This document shows, piece after piece, positions 26,289-39,753 of a stretch of 64,000 bases of DNA (positions are counted from its first letter, which is position 1; each line of letters begins with the position of its first letter). Position numbers and translations under genes: made by a program. The notes beneath the pieces were generated by a model that was given only the letters and a program-made list of their open reading frames with translations, did not search any database and was not told the DNA's origin. The DNA is from Bugula neritina (Eukaryota > Animalia > Bryozoa), in NCBI GenBank assembly GCA_964035545.1, contig OZ037766.1:2356001-2420000 (forward strand), read 5' to 3'.

Positions 26289-27335
26289 CACAGGGTAAAC
26301 TCAACACTACATGCAGTACTAAAATAATTTTGCATATATCATACATATTATATTATCTTATAGCTGATATTTTAGGCCTTCTGCTAGGGTTGTATATGAG
26401 CTCAAATAACGTTGCTTCGTAAAAAATATTGTGCAAACTTGTCTCGAATTGATTTGGAATTTTTGATTGCGTAATAACTAAAGAAGTTTCCATTTGGCTC
26501 TGAATTCCATCGCTTTATTATAAGGCTAATAGTAATTTTGCTTACTTTCATTGCATGCTATTCTTAGCTGCTGCAAAACACAGTTCAATCACTAAGCTGA
26601 CTTAAAATTTCATAGTTTTAACTTTGAAACCAGCTCAGTGATCAGGCTGTGCGTTCTAGCAGCTAAAAATAGTAGCATGCAACGAAAATCAATAACTACA
26701 ATTGGTGCGTATCAGTTATAATATAATAATTTATTACTACTTAAGAGTCACGCGCCAGGGACTTTTTTAGATCGCAGTCAAGTATTAGGAGTTATCGTCA
26801 CTAAACCAATCCAAGAGACCGAGATGTTTTTTTCTAAGAAAGGTCATAGAATTTTCTCATGTGATAGCATAATTTACAAATTACTGATAAATATTTTGGT
26901 AATTACTTTCACTATAGTATTGATATGTGTCATAATATTAAATTACTCTAACAACAGCCTCTGCCCGACGTACTTGTTATCTATGACTTACTTTAGCAGT
27001 GGCTGCTGCGAGGCTGCCCGTTCATGCAGACGAATCTGTCACTCCAATCATCTATCCAATTACTGAATTAGTTATCAATGCTTTCATAGTCTTCTATTTT
27101 TACTCTAAGTTTATTTTAAGAATTTTTAAAATGCTAAGCTACGAAATAGATTATATAAGTAATTTAGCTTGTTAGTGTTAGAGATGAAATAAAATATAAG
27201 TTAAAATATTTAATTTTATCTCCATCATGATGTCATGCTCATACTGATACTCATTGAGTCATACTCATACTGATGTAGTGGTACTGATGTAGTGATACTA
27301 TCAGTATTACTATCAGTATTACTATTATTATTATT

Positions 27336-27622
27336 GAGTAAATTGTATCACAGCTTTTAGCTGGTGTAACCTTCTACCATCGGCCTAGCTCCACTGGGCT
27401 GGGATAAATAGAACTTTATTCAAGATGTGAGCTGATCCTAGTAAGGCTGTCTAGTGTCTACTGAATCAGTGGGTTTTTTTTCAGCTAATCTAAGTAGTGC
27501 CATCCAGTCTACAGTCTTGTGTGAAGTTCCAAGGCTCCAATTACAATGGGATGACTTTTGTTGATGTTTTCCAAAGGCGGGTTAACTCTAGTGCTAAATC
27601 CTTATATTTTCCTATCTCCTCT
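27336..27622 (-). mobile_element. 5'-truncated R4/Dong-type non-LTR retrotransposon in a (TAA)n tract
   Basis: Minus strand: EEIGKYKDLALELTRLWKTSTKVIP/IVIGALGT...TALLGSAHILNKVL, the C-terminal end of a restriction-like endonuclease domain. ATT repeats flank both sides. Confidence 0.75.
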
Positions 27623-29447
27623 GATTACTATCATTATTATTATTAATATTATTAATTATAATATTTTATTATTATTTCAATTTGTTCTCGATAAATATTA
27701 TTAATATATAATTTAAATTTAGGTTAATGTGTTTATTATTGTTATGATATTAGTTATAATTATTTTCATAATCACTATCATAATCATTAACTTTAAAAAT
27801 TTCATATTCATATTGGGTTTGATTAAGATCAAACTCATAGTGGAACTAATCATTTATTATATATTTATTAGTATTACGTTATAATCATGACATAGACTTG
27901 CACTTAGTGCTACCACTTTAAGTTTATGAAGAATATATCATTGTGATTATATCATTCTCATTAAATCAAAATGGTTGTCGTTGCTGATTACCCTCAGCCC
28001 TTAGGCCCTCTAATTATATTTCATCGTATTTCATGCAATAGCTATCACTATAAGTATAGCAGTATATAAGTATAACTATATATACTTATAGCGATATGCC
28101 TATATTGGCTATAGGTATAATATTATATTAATAATAATATAGTTAATTGAATATATATGAATAGTCGTAAAATAGCGATACTGAAAGTATCATATTCATA
28201 ATACAATTGGTAGTTATACTTATAGTAATTTTAGCAGTTGTACAGGAACTGAAAATAATTCAAAATTTTAAATCCATAATTATTGAAATTAAATGTTAAT
28301 GCCATTTTATTTGATATTTCAGTGTTGTAAATAAAATTTTCTGTCACTGGTTTTTTCTGCATGGCTCAACAGTTTAAATCTGTCAAACAAATAAAATTGG
28401 AACTATAGTAACACTATAAGTATTTGATAATTACCAAACAGTTTACTTCTGCAGCAATCAGTGGCTTAATGAGAGACATTGGTTGTCCATATAGTCATGA
28501 GTTTTAGAAACTGGTAATTCTAGAGCTATACGTAGGTGCAGTAACCAGAGATTTCTTAATTAAAGCACCCAAATTTGAAAGCGCTATAGTAGTAACACTA
28601 AATATCTACTTACGTTTTATTATAATTTACTATATATAAAGTATGTGCTTGTGTATAAGTGTATTAAATAAAGCCACCAACAGTGCTTTTACTCATAAAT
28701 ACGAAATGAGGTGTTGTACCTGCTTTTAGGATTACTATAAAAGTGAGAATAAAAATACGTCCTGTAATCAAGATGGTGTAATCTAATATAGCTGCAGTTC
28801 AAAGCTTATCTGAGTTTTTGCAAATAGAAGCATATGCAGTTAATACAAATTTAATTTACCTCAAGATACTTTCACAGCACAAACTTGGTTTCAACTTATT
28901 GATGATTGTCTGTATAATATTGTGCTACATATTTGGAATGTAATGAAGTATTTGCCTATAGTTCCATTGTCAAAGGATGCCTTTTGAGTGGGAATGGCCG
29001 AATGGGTTAGAATTCCCCATTATAAAAACCACTAATGAGTGTTAGATATTTGACACCTGCTGCAATCTCACTGGTAGTAATTATACTGGCAGTGATTGCT
29101 TGGAGTGACCTCATTATAGGCATTTATAATAACACAGATATTCGTGTTATAGCGCTATAACGGCTGCTATAGTTATGACCTTCTAAGAACCTTCTTCTGT
29201 GTATTAGCCAATCAATGTATTGATATCGTATCTAACGCAATGCCACAATTTAAAAAACAAAGCTGGTAGTTACTATAGTTAGTATATATACTAGTAGTCA
29301 CTGTGTAGCAGTAGCGTGCTTTTTTATTATAGTTATAAGTAGACACAGGCTAGCTATGCATTGCAGTTGATAGACAATCCCTAATCTTCTCATTGTGCAC
29401 CAGTCAAATGCACTCGAACATTGTTGTTAAAGGAAAGAGTAAGAGTT

Positions 29448-32400
29448 ATGAAGAAGTGTCTATCATGTAAACAACTTTCAGGCTATGCTATGGTCTCTCT
29501 ACTATCAATATCTGGAACACTATTCATGGTGTCTTACAGAACTGTGAGTATTTACATATCTGTATCGGAAATTTGTGTTTGAGAGGGGTATACATTGGAA
29601 ACCATGCATGCACACACATATAGTTGATGTTGGAGTATTCAAACTTAAACTTTGAAATAGGTTGTGGTTCTTCCAAAACTGTCGTGGCTGGGCAGTTGCC
29701 ATGGAGATATAATGTGTATTACATTTACTGAAATTTCACCTATGAAAGTAGAAATTATATATTTACCTCACAATACCCGTTTACTTACTTTGCACTCTGG
29801 GGAGGTGGATGCAGTAATTTAGAAATTGAGAAAATGTAGCACAAGAAGTTATGTTCTTGCGAGAATTTCAACCCTCGATCCAAACCAAAATTTGTTGGGG
29901 AAAATTGAATTATTTAGGCTATGAAAGTTTCTCCACTGCTGCAGTTAAATGCTCAGGGGTGCTGTATAATGTATATATTATGCATATTATATAATTAAAT
30001 TATTAACTTTGATCCTTATTACCTGAACAAAAGAAGTAAACCTGTTTTTCAATTGACTGCAGAACGATTGTCTACATCTTTGTTTTCACTTATTATTTCT
30101 AGGAGTTGGATGTTTCCCGTTACGAGCCAGACAATAGGCCTACAGATGAAAGGTTTTCATTGTCTAGAACATTTGTACAAACCTCTTCCAATAATACACT
30201 ACAAAGTCTTCCTGTAAATTCCAATGATTTCAAGCAATCTAACTCAACCTCTGAACTAATTATTCATCATAAGCCAACAACTCACAGGGGAGTCACCGTT
30301 GCAAGTAAAACTCCCAGGCAGCCTTATCTACCTGAACAGGAAATGAGGTATCGCGCTGCCAAAATACGAGAGCGCTGCCTTCCAAGGTGAGCATGTGATC
30401 TGAATCTAGTAGTGGCACATGTCACTTACATTTGTAGGGTTTCTTATGTTGGAACATCGAACAAAGATTTATTCATCCAAGGAGGGTTAAGTGGATTAAG
30501 TGAATGAACAATTAGATGGTTGTTGTATCCAACTGCTTCAGTTATAGCTTAGCTATGATTTATACCAGATGAAGTCACTCAATCAAAATAATTACTCACA
30601 CTGTCAAGCATGCATTCACAATGATTTGCAATACCATCTCCAGCATAAATGTGTATCTGAATATTTATGAATCTTATAATTTGAATATTATATTGTTATA
30701 TTTACATGTACATACATCACATGACCAATATCAGCCTCTTTATGGTGGTGGTATGTAGGTACAGTATGAAGCTACTGAGTAGAAGTACTTGACCTGCATA
30801 TTTAATTAAAGGGCTAAGCTGAAGTATACAGTATGAAGTATGAAATAGTATACAGCTATAGTATACAGCTAAAGTATGAGCTGTGATGTAGTGCTTGAGA
30901 CAACATTGGATATACTATGATAACTTGGGCCATCAATTAGCTTTAACAGCAAAAAGATGCTGTTATAGTAGCAGCAATAATAATAGTAGTAGTAGCAGCA
31001 GTACTTAAAGGGATAAAGTGGCACAAATACATCATTTCTGTTTTAGAAAGTCAATTCAGTGCATTTAGCTGCTGGCACTGGCATGCGTTATCTGCACTTG
31101 TCAGCCATCTTACAAAGAGTGGCAGCAGCAGTAGTGAGGAAGTAGCCTAAACCTAGCAGCAGTACCTCTTTACTTGTCAGCCAAGTCACACAGTTTAATT
31201 GAGCCAAGTGGAATAGTTATTCTTTGTGACCATAACACAATGTACCCATCAGTGAAAACTATCAGGGTTCATGATAATTTTATTATTAGTGAGTAATCTA
31301 ATCTTGTTTTGTAATGCATGGCATTTAAGCATGAGTATAACTGAATCACTTCCTAGTTCACTGTGGCTCATAGTTCATTCAGGAAAGTGTTTAGCACAGG
31401 AGTATTGCTGCATATTCTTGGTATGAAAGGAATGAAATGGAAATAAACAGTACACTGTCAGTTTGATGTGTCATTTATATTAGGGCATAAGCAACATGCA
31501 GGTGAAATGGCCCAAATAGTACCTGCATGTAAATATTATATTTTTGATATAAATTCTCAGTCTATGATAAATACAATTTTGTTATGGGGACTTGTATACA
31601 TTATAGCCTCATCGTTACGAGTTTGTGCTGTGTCCCTTGAAATACATTTCTCCACTGCATTGCCCTAGTTCTTGGATTTTGCAAAGTTTGTAGCATGAGA
31701 AGTTGTCTGTTCATACACCCTCCTCTTAAACAGTAGCGAAAGTGAAACTCTGGGCTAATGCACAGTCTCTGCATGCTTGTGATTGCCATCTGATATAACC
31801 AGGGTTGTGTCACTTTTTCAGAGGATGGGAGCATTTAACTTGAGTAGAAGGAGGGGGAAAACACCGTCAATTTCAGTGGATTGATCTCAGTTCACTCTGA
31901 GAAATGTGCTAGGTGTGATGGTTTTCCATGAATTTGTCTGTTTGATCTTGTGTAGTTGCCTTCTTACGTGAAGGGCACTCGAATAAATTCTACCAGTATA
32001 ATTTGTTCGCCAGTCTGGCTGATTGAAGGTTAAAAATACAAGATTGTTGCAGCCTAAAACTTAACAGCAGTTATAACCTATACAACAGCCAAGCTATTCA
32101 ATTTAAGATAATTATTCTTAATTTTTTAGCTTAACAGATGATTATAAAATTAATAGCTGTTAAGCAGATTATTCATAAACTTTTGGCTTTTTAGGCTTAG
32201 AATTGCTTTTATTAGCACAAAACAACTTTTTCTATTCAGATGATCTGGGTGACTCACAAAGTGAACATAACTATACACTGACTCAACATACATAAGAACA
32301 CATTACATATTAGTATATACTAATGAGTTCGAGCTGGACAGGCTGACCATCTTATATTGATTAAGATCGATCCTTGGCAAAGATTTGAACCAAAAAGTCC

Positions 32401-35400
32401 AAATAATCAATTCTGCTACTTGTATTGTAGTTGAGAGGACCCGAGGGTTTGTCTTTGTCTGACAATTAGGTCGTTTGTGGCATTGACCTATAAGTTTTAG
32501 TTCATTGGTTTGTGGACTGTCACTACAGCCCCATGCTTCATGTGAATGGATTTTTCATTCCATACATGGGGATAGTGTCAATTAAATGAACCGCAACCAT
32601 AGGTTGGCCAATGCAAATTCATGCATACCAGCAACCCATTCGAAGTAGGTAGTAGTATTGCTGATAGTAACAATTGATTGAAATGTATTGCAACTCGCCC
32701 CAACATTTCTGACACACAACCAATGTTTTATAGAAGGACAACTCTCAACTTAAACACACCTTTTCCTTGCTGGACTAGTATAATGTATTTGCTGAGAAAT
32801 TATGTGACTGCTTTGTTGGCAGTGCTTTAGCATTGCAGTCTTCTCAGCACAACCTATGAATCATTAGTTTTGTTTATTCAGCAGCAAAGAACCATTGGTC
32901 TCAGGGGAATTACCTGTGTGATAATTGAGTTACTAGAAAATACTAATAAGTTGAGTATATAACTGTAACAAGAACTGATCCTACGCAAGATATGTAGCAG
33001 GAAATTCAAACATTGTCTGCTAAAATTTTATAGAATAGAGGTATTAAGTATATTTGCTCTTTGTTACAGAAGGAAGAACTCTCCAAAAATCACTACCAAC
33101 CAATACATAGCTACTAAACCTGGTCTACACAAAGTTTCCTATGCATATTACCCTATAGCCAAGTGTGGCTGGACAACCTGGGTATATGTCATGTTTGCTA
33201 ATGCTGGAAAACCAGAACAACCTGCTTCCGACAAATTCACGTGCGTATTTATTTACTTCCTGTGCTAGCCATGCAGTTTGTTTTGAGGCAATGCTTTTTG
33301 ACTACTGCATGGAAGGAAAGGTCAGATGCTATTCCAGGCCTATGAGCAAGATTTTAGTTGCTCCATCATTATCTTTTTGTCAGCTGTTTACAGTATTTAG
33401 TTTAATTGCTCTCTCAGCAAGTTGTACCATTTCTAGTACTGATGCATGTACTTTCTTTATTGGGATGGTCATCACGGGTAACATTTCAATTTAATTACCA
33501 AGTTGAGCAAAAATGCATAATAAAATAATACTATAATTTCATTAGAGTTTGAGTTATTCAACAGAAATTTGCAATCATCTTCTAAGTAGAGCAAATGAAA
33601 AATACCTCTTATATGTTTCCAGGAAAGAGTTAAATAATTACATATATATATACATAATCAAATAGTTAAATTATATATGTTGAATTATGTATTTTTATGT
33701 GTTAGAGAAAGCAAACTGAATTAGTAGAAATTTCAAAGACAATTTTTTATTATGACTTGTAAAAGGGAGCACCGTGGTCTAGGGGTCAGAGCGTTTGCCA
33801 AGTAAACGAGGTCATGGGCTCGAGCCCTGACAAAGGCCATTGGTGATGTTAGGAAGAGCATCCAGTCATAATGCCCCTGTACCTCATTTAAATAATTCCT
33901 TAGCCTGCTTTAGCAAAAACCCTTTTCATGGGGGGTTTCTCACAGGGATGGCGACTATAAACTTGCGTGAGTTTTGTTTGTAAAAAACACACTGCAGTAG
34001 CCACCTCACGTTTCCTTATTCTTTTGTCTTTTTATATTCTAATCATACTAAGTCTAATGCTAAATATCAGCTGTGTCACTGTAAACAACTAGATAAATTA
34101 AACACTCAAATACATTACAAGTTACCTAACCAATTGAACAAAGATTAGGTGACAATTGTGGTGTGGTGACATAACTCCAAACTCTAGGAGCTCTGCTTTC
34201 TGGTTGAGAACCAATGTAGAAATAATTGAGTTTTACTGGAGTTACTCTTCCGATGAGTTTATTGACGTATCAGGTGGACAGATATTATAATAGACTAGGT
34301 TAGTTTATATTTTTGAACTTTCTCTCTAGATGGGGTTGGGATTCCCCTTATGGTGACGCCAAAATGAGCAAAATCTCTCGCATATCCGACACACAGCAGT
34401 ACAAAGAAAGGCTCCTGTTTGTGAGGTAAGTTTGATAGGTGACCTATTTATGCACACCTACTTGCCGTGTCACGGCTCGAGAGGCTCATTACTGTGTCTC
34501 TATATCCTGTTTTCAGTTACACAACTGTAAGAGTAGTTAAATATATCAACTTAATATAACATATATGTATTACTTTATGTTATATATTATAACTTATCAT
34601 TATATAATGTAACTTATATAATATTATGACTCATTATAATACAGTATAACTTACTATATATGTGTATTATAAATTATTATATGTATATGTTATAACTTTT
34701 TATAAATAGTATGGCTTCTTACATATTATAACTTATTGTGTCTTATATTTCATGCAGGAATCCATGGGACCGCCTGGTGTCAGCATATAAAAACAAGGCT
34801 GTGGAAGGGCCTTACAGTCTCTGGCTTCACAGACCATGCAAGTGGTTGAAGGAAGGCATGCCCACTCTGACATTCCAGCAGTTTACGCAGTGTATAGTCG
34901 ACCGACTGTCAAGGTGTGTCCTCTGATAATAATACCATTAGATAGGAGGCAGTACACTGCTGCATGATTATATGCTTTTACAAGAGGAAAGATAACTCCT
35001 CATTTAGAGCTCTCTTCTAGCATATGTATATTACATTATCCGTATCTTATAGTACTATAGTTGCTGAGGAAGGCTATCTGTAATGAAGAGGGCCCTGGGA
35101 GGGGGGGGGGTGCCTGACAAACCGTAGTGTGATACGTGGGTTGTCTTGCAGCCTTACCCTACAGTTAGCTGAATATAAAACATGATATGGTACTTGTGTG
35201 GATGAAAGATTTATATAGATAGCAGCGTTCTAATCACTATATCAATTAATATTATTATACTCATAGGCACAATGTACAACTCAACTCTGTTTACTATAAT
35301 TCATAAATAGTGAGTTCAAGTTATACATACATATCTTGCATGTATATACATGTATAGGTGTTTACTAACGTCAAGCGAAATGTCGCTCAGGCTTTATTTT

Positions 35401-36006
35401 TCCTCACAATATAATCTTGATTATGAAATGTTAATTCAAATTACGCTTTACTGTCGTATCATCAAAAATGTTGTGTTGTAATTGATATATCTTACTCAGC
35501 ATTCCTGTGAATATCAATTAAATAGTTTTCATACGAAATATACAAGGAAACCATTTAAAAGGAAGCAAAAAGCAGGGAGATGCAATAAATTATCACTATG
35601 ATTGCACTTGTAATATAACTTGTATGTGTGTACGTGTGTGTGTGTGTGTCTTCAACTCCATGCAAAACTTTTACATAATTTTTGTAGAGTGCGGGATTTG
35701 TCTTCCCAAACTGCAGCTAGACTTCTGGACATCCATTGGACACCTCAGTACTGGTCCGCTCTACCTTGCCAGACCAACTATACTCTGGTTGGTCATTTCG
35801 ACCACATCAGTGAAGATATGGGCGCGGCAATACAAGTTCTGCAGATAAACTCTACTTTAAAGCATAAAAACAAAAGCCAAACTAAGCAAGAAGAGACGTT
35901 GGCGTACTGGTACAATCAACTCAGTCATAATATTAAAGTTTCATTACAAAAAATATATCAGTTAGACTTTGAAATATTTGGCTTTAATAGTACCATACCT
36001 GGTTAG
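29448..36006 (+). CDS. Golgi carbohydrate sulfotransferase, Sulfotransfer_2 / CHST8-14-like (373 aa); exons 29448-29543, 30103-30386, 33070-33240, 34330-34425, 34758-34913, 35688-36006
   Basis: N-terminal type II anchor, Ser/Thr-rich stem, 5'-PAPS-like IAKCGWTTW, 3'-PAPS FVRNPWDRLVSAYKNK, TFQQF, DIHWTPQ..PC, YQLDFEIFGF. All intron phases are consistent (1122 nt). Confidence 0.92.
33765..33966 (+). mobile_element. tRNA-derived SINE, copy B (intronic)
   Basis: Same A/B boxes and body as 17240-17442. Confidence 0.8.
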
Positions 36007-37314
36007 CTGCCTATACCAGTGCACTAGCATGCAGTGTTATGTGTTCCAGATCTGAATTAGGCTACTTCTATAATTTACAAAGGTGTGATTGTTTAATATA
36101 TAATATACATATATTCAACTATGTATAAACAGTGGGTGTATATAATGTGCATATGTGTGTATATGTATATAGTTTGTTTTTGTACCATGCAGACTGAAGA
36201 AAACTTAAGTTACATATGTTTTTTGCAATGTTACATAAGTTAATATTTATGTAGCCCTTTTTTAAAAAAATATTAATAATAGAATATGAAGTTTGTTTTA
36301 CAGTTTTATCATCTTTTAATGGCATGTTATGTTTAATTTTAAATGGCTTATTTTATTGCTCATATAATTTATTTTATTCATCTGAACTAATATATTGTTA
36401 CACGCTGAAGACATTCATTTTACATTAATGAAAATTACGCAAATTTATTTTGCTTTTACAATTCAATGTTGTAAAATATCAGGAGTTGTGCCTCCTTGTT
36501 GCACAGATTATAGCTTTCTCTCAATGTGCAACTTGTAGAAACTTAAAATTTACTTCCAAATTGTTTCCTGTAAAATATTTCCTACAGCAGCACCTGCCAT
36601 AATGTGTCTACGGCCTCAAGATGAAAAAACTATGTTGATCAAGAAATGAGAGTCAAGTAGATAGTGTTGGAGTTGTCTCCCCACTCTGTACTCGAGTTTG
36701 TTCTCAACAGTAATGCCTGGCTATACAGCATATTATTACTAAATTCACCAACCTTTTCTAAGTGAGTCCATAAGATAGAATGAGGTGGGGCTCATTGTCA
36801 ACGACTCATGTGAATGAGAGCTACAAATAGCAGAACACACCAGGTAAAATTATACAAGGTGCATATTGACTATTTTGTAAGCTATAATTGTCATTCAATC
36901 AATGCCACCAAAATATGGTTATATTGCTGGTTGCTTACATCAAGTTTTAAACTATGTACTGAATTGGTTGATAGTATTTGCAGGAAAAACCACCAAATTT
37001 ATAAAAATAGTTGTTTTTAAAGGTAATCTGTCATATTCTTGTGTAGGTATAACTGACTAGCTATGTGTTCACACTATATGCATGCCTAGTGTGGGGGAAA
37101 CTAAGTTTCCATGACTCGCTAGCTGAGTCATTACAGTATATGCAACTAGTAAAAGATAATAACAGATGTTCCACTTTTACAACTTTATACAGCATTTGTT
37201 TGATATGTCTGGGTAAGTTGATATATAACTAAACAGAAGAGTTTTGGTGAGATCTATAGTGTGTGATATGTTGGAAAAATGATAGTAGCTTGCCTTTAGA
37301 TTAGGGTTGTGTAG

Positions 37315-37460
37315 CGAGCAGCTTAGAGAGCACCAACCTATCACTGAGCAGCTTAGAGAGCACCAACCTACCACTGAGCAGCTTAGAGAGCACCAACCTA
37401 TCACTGAGCAGCTTAGAGAGCACCAACCTATCACTGAGCAGCTTAGAGATCATCAACCTA
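37315..37460. repeat. 30-bp minisatellite, about 4.8 copies
   Basis: Unit GAGCAGCTTAGAGAGCACCAACCTATCACT. Confidence 0.95.
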
Positions 37461-39011
37461 TATTCCCCTCTGCTTAGAGAGAGTATCTTTCTGTGAATGG
37501 TTAAATTGTAGCAAGCACATGATAATTTCCTTGTCTTGTGCTGTAGAAGTAATACTGTAAAAGTTTCCCTTTCTAAAACTAAAGTTGTAATTATATACTG
37601 TAACAAGCTTCCTTGGTAGTTCACTGGAATGGACTTTTCTTACCACAGCTGATAACATCAGGATCTGCTGTTAGTATACCTTTAACTAGCAGACTACTGC
37701 ATTGTGTCTGTATTGAATAGTAGCCTATATAATAATATACTGTGAGTAATTTGTTATACTATATATGATACAATATGATATACTGAATATCATATGATAC
37801 ATTATACTATAATATACTATAATAAATGCTATATGATATATATTGTATAATGTATGTTATGCACTATATGATAAAAAGTATATATATAGTGCATAACATA
37901 TATTGCAACATATTATATAATATATATTATGTATTACATGGTATATAATAGTGGTACTTACTATAATATAATTATTATATCTCATATGATATATATTATG
38001 CATAATATCATTAATATGTCTACCATACTATATACACTATATACTTGGAATAACAGATGGCTGTGTTATATTTGGGGATAATAGTTTAACTCCTCCCATG
38101 CAGCAGTCTAAATTGAAAAACAAAACAGACTTAAATAGATAATTTTCATAGTTCTATGCGAATGAATATTAAAAACAAATGTATTATAGCCAATATGCTT
38201 TTATTGTCTCAACTTTATTCAATGTTTAGCTAAAAATTGTGTAACTAAAAGCACTCATCAGAAGTTATAAATATATAATTTTCCTCAGCATGGCGTTTTA
38301 ATGTAGATATAACTGTATAGGTTATAGCTGTATGTATAGCTGTATTGTGTGTTACTGTATGTGTATAACTGTACAGTGTACTACTGCATGTAAATAACTG
38401 TATATAGTGTACTACTACATGTATGGTACTGTATATAGTGTATTACTACATGTATAGTACTGTATTAAACCACTACATGTGAAAATGTATAGTGTTATGT
38501 TATAAATTATAAGGCAATATAGGTATTGGATATGGTTTGAACATTATCACACCTTTGAAAGAAACCTATTTGCTATATAACATATATATTATATTATAGG
38601 AGTTGATATGCTGACGTAAGAGTAGCTATTATGTTACCCATTATTTACCATTCCTCTTGTTACAGGATAAAATAAGCAAATCTTTTGTTCTGGTAATAAT
38701 CCATGCATAGCAAAGTTGCACCCACAGTTTTCCATTACTAATAATATAGACCTTTGTTCTTAGTAAATGATACGTTTGATTTCCTTTTAGTGGGAACTAG
38801 CAGCATATATATACCAATGACTCATTAGGTCCAGTTGATGATGTAATAATATGGGTGATGCAATAATTGTACTGAAATACAAAGTCTAATTGTTTTAGTA
38901 ACAGAAGGGCTGATATGCATGCATGGTAAAGGAACAGTTATGGCTGTACCAAGGGAGGTTAGAGGCAATTTTGTGGTAGGTGTTTTTTTCTAAATAAATA
39001 GTTTAGTTATG

Positions 39012-39170
39012 GCTGTGTGTGCTGCGTGTGTGCTGTGTGTGTGTGGTGTGTGTGCTGTGTGTGCTGTGTGTGTGCTGTGTGTGTGCTGTGTGTGTGCTGT
39101 GTGTGCTGTGTGTGCTGTGTGTGCTGTGTGTGCTGTGTGTGCTGTGTGTGCTGTGTGTGCTGTGTGTGTG
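39012..39170. repeat. (GCTGTGTGT)n GT-rich repeat
   Basis: Direct; source of the CAV/HTA repeat ORFs. Confidence 0.95.
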
Positions 39171-39753
39171 TTTGACTGGTTGTATAAATACATACAGTTG
39201 TATGTAGACACTAGACACAGCTATACTGCTGTTGACTATTCAATTCTTGGTGTATACGGAATAGTAGCATTTGCTGTAAAGTTCATACAACTGGTAATAA
39301 AACATGTAAATGCATAGTTTTATATACTGTATGACTATATATTCATATAATTGGGATATATCAATTTGGCCATTGTTAGCTATAAGGTTAACATGTGGTT
39401 AGTTTACAGCATAAAATAATATTGTAAACTTATAACTTAGTGTATTTCATGGTGTATTGTGTTGTCTACAATGTAGTACATGTCAATCATTTAATAATAT
39501 ATTTTTTAATATATAAATTTGCAATACTATGCAATATATTGTATTAAATTTCTGTAGTGTTATGATTATTACTTTAAGCAGAGAGTTCATATTATAGCCA
39601 TAATAACCTTCTGATAGTATGTAGGTATGTAACTATTGCAATAGGAAGTTATTTTATATTATATTGCATTATAGGTTATTATAATGTTTAATATGATATA
39701 TCTCATATTGTATTATGCTCTATTATATGACATTATATATATTTTATTTGTAG

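Noticed and set aside
31650-32920. Possible decayed reverse transcriptase fragments in the sulfotransferase intron
   Set aside because: Coding-like composition, but no diagnostic motif I could read with confidence.
37315-37460. 30-bp repeats as a CRISPR array
   Set aside because: Head-to-tail copies with no unique spacers, no cas genes, and a eukaryotic context. The same applies to 47040-47718 and 62839-62926.
38600-38615. Micro-exon with ATG as the start of the NTase-TPR gene
   Set aside because: ATG CTG AC ends in phase 2 and gives an immediate stop when joined to the exon at 39754.
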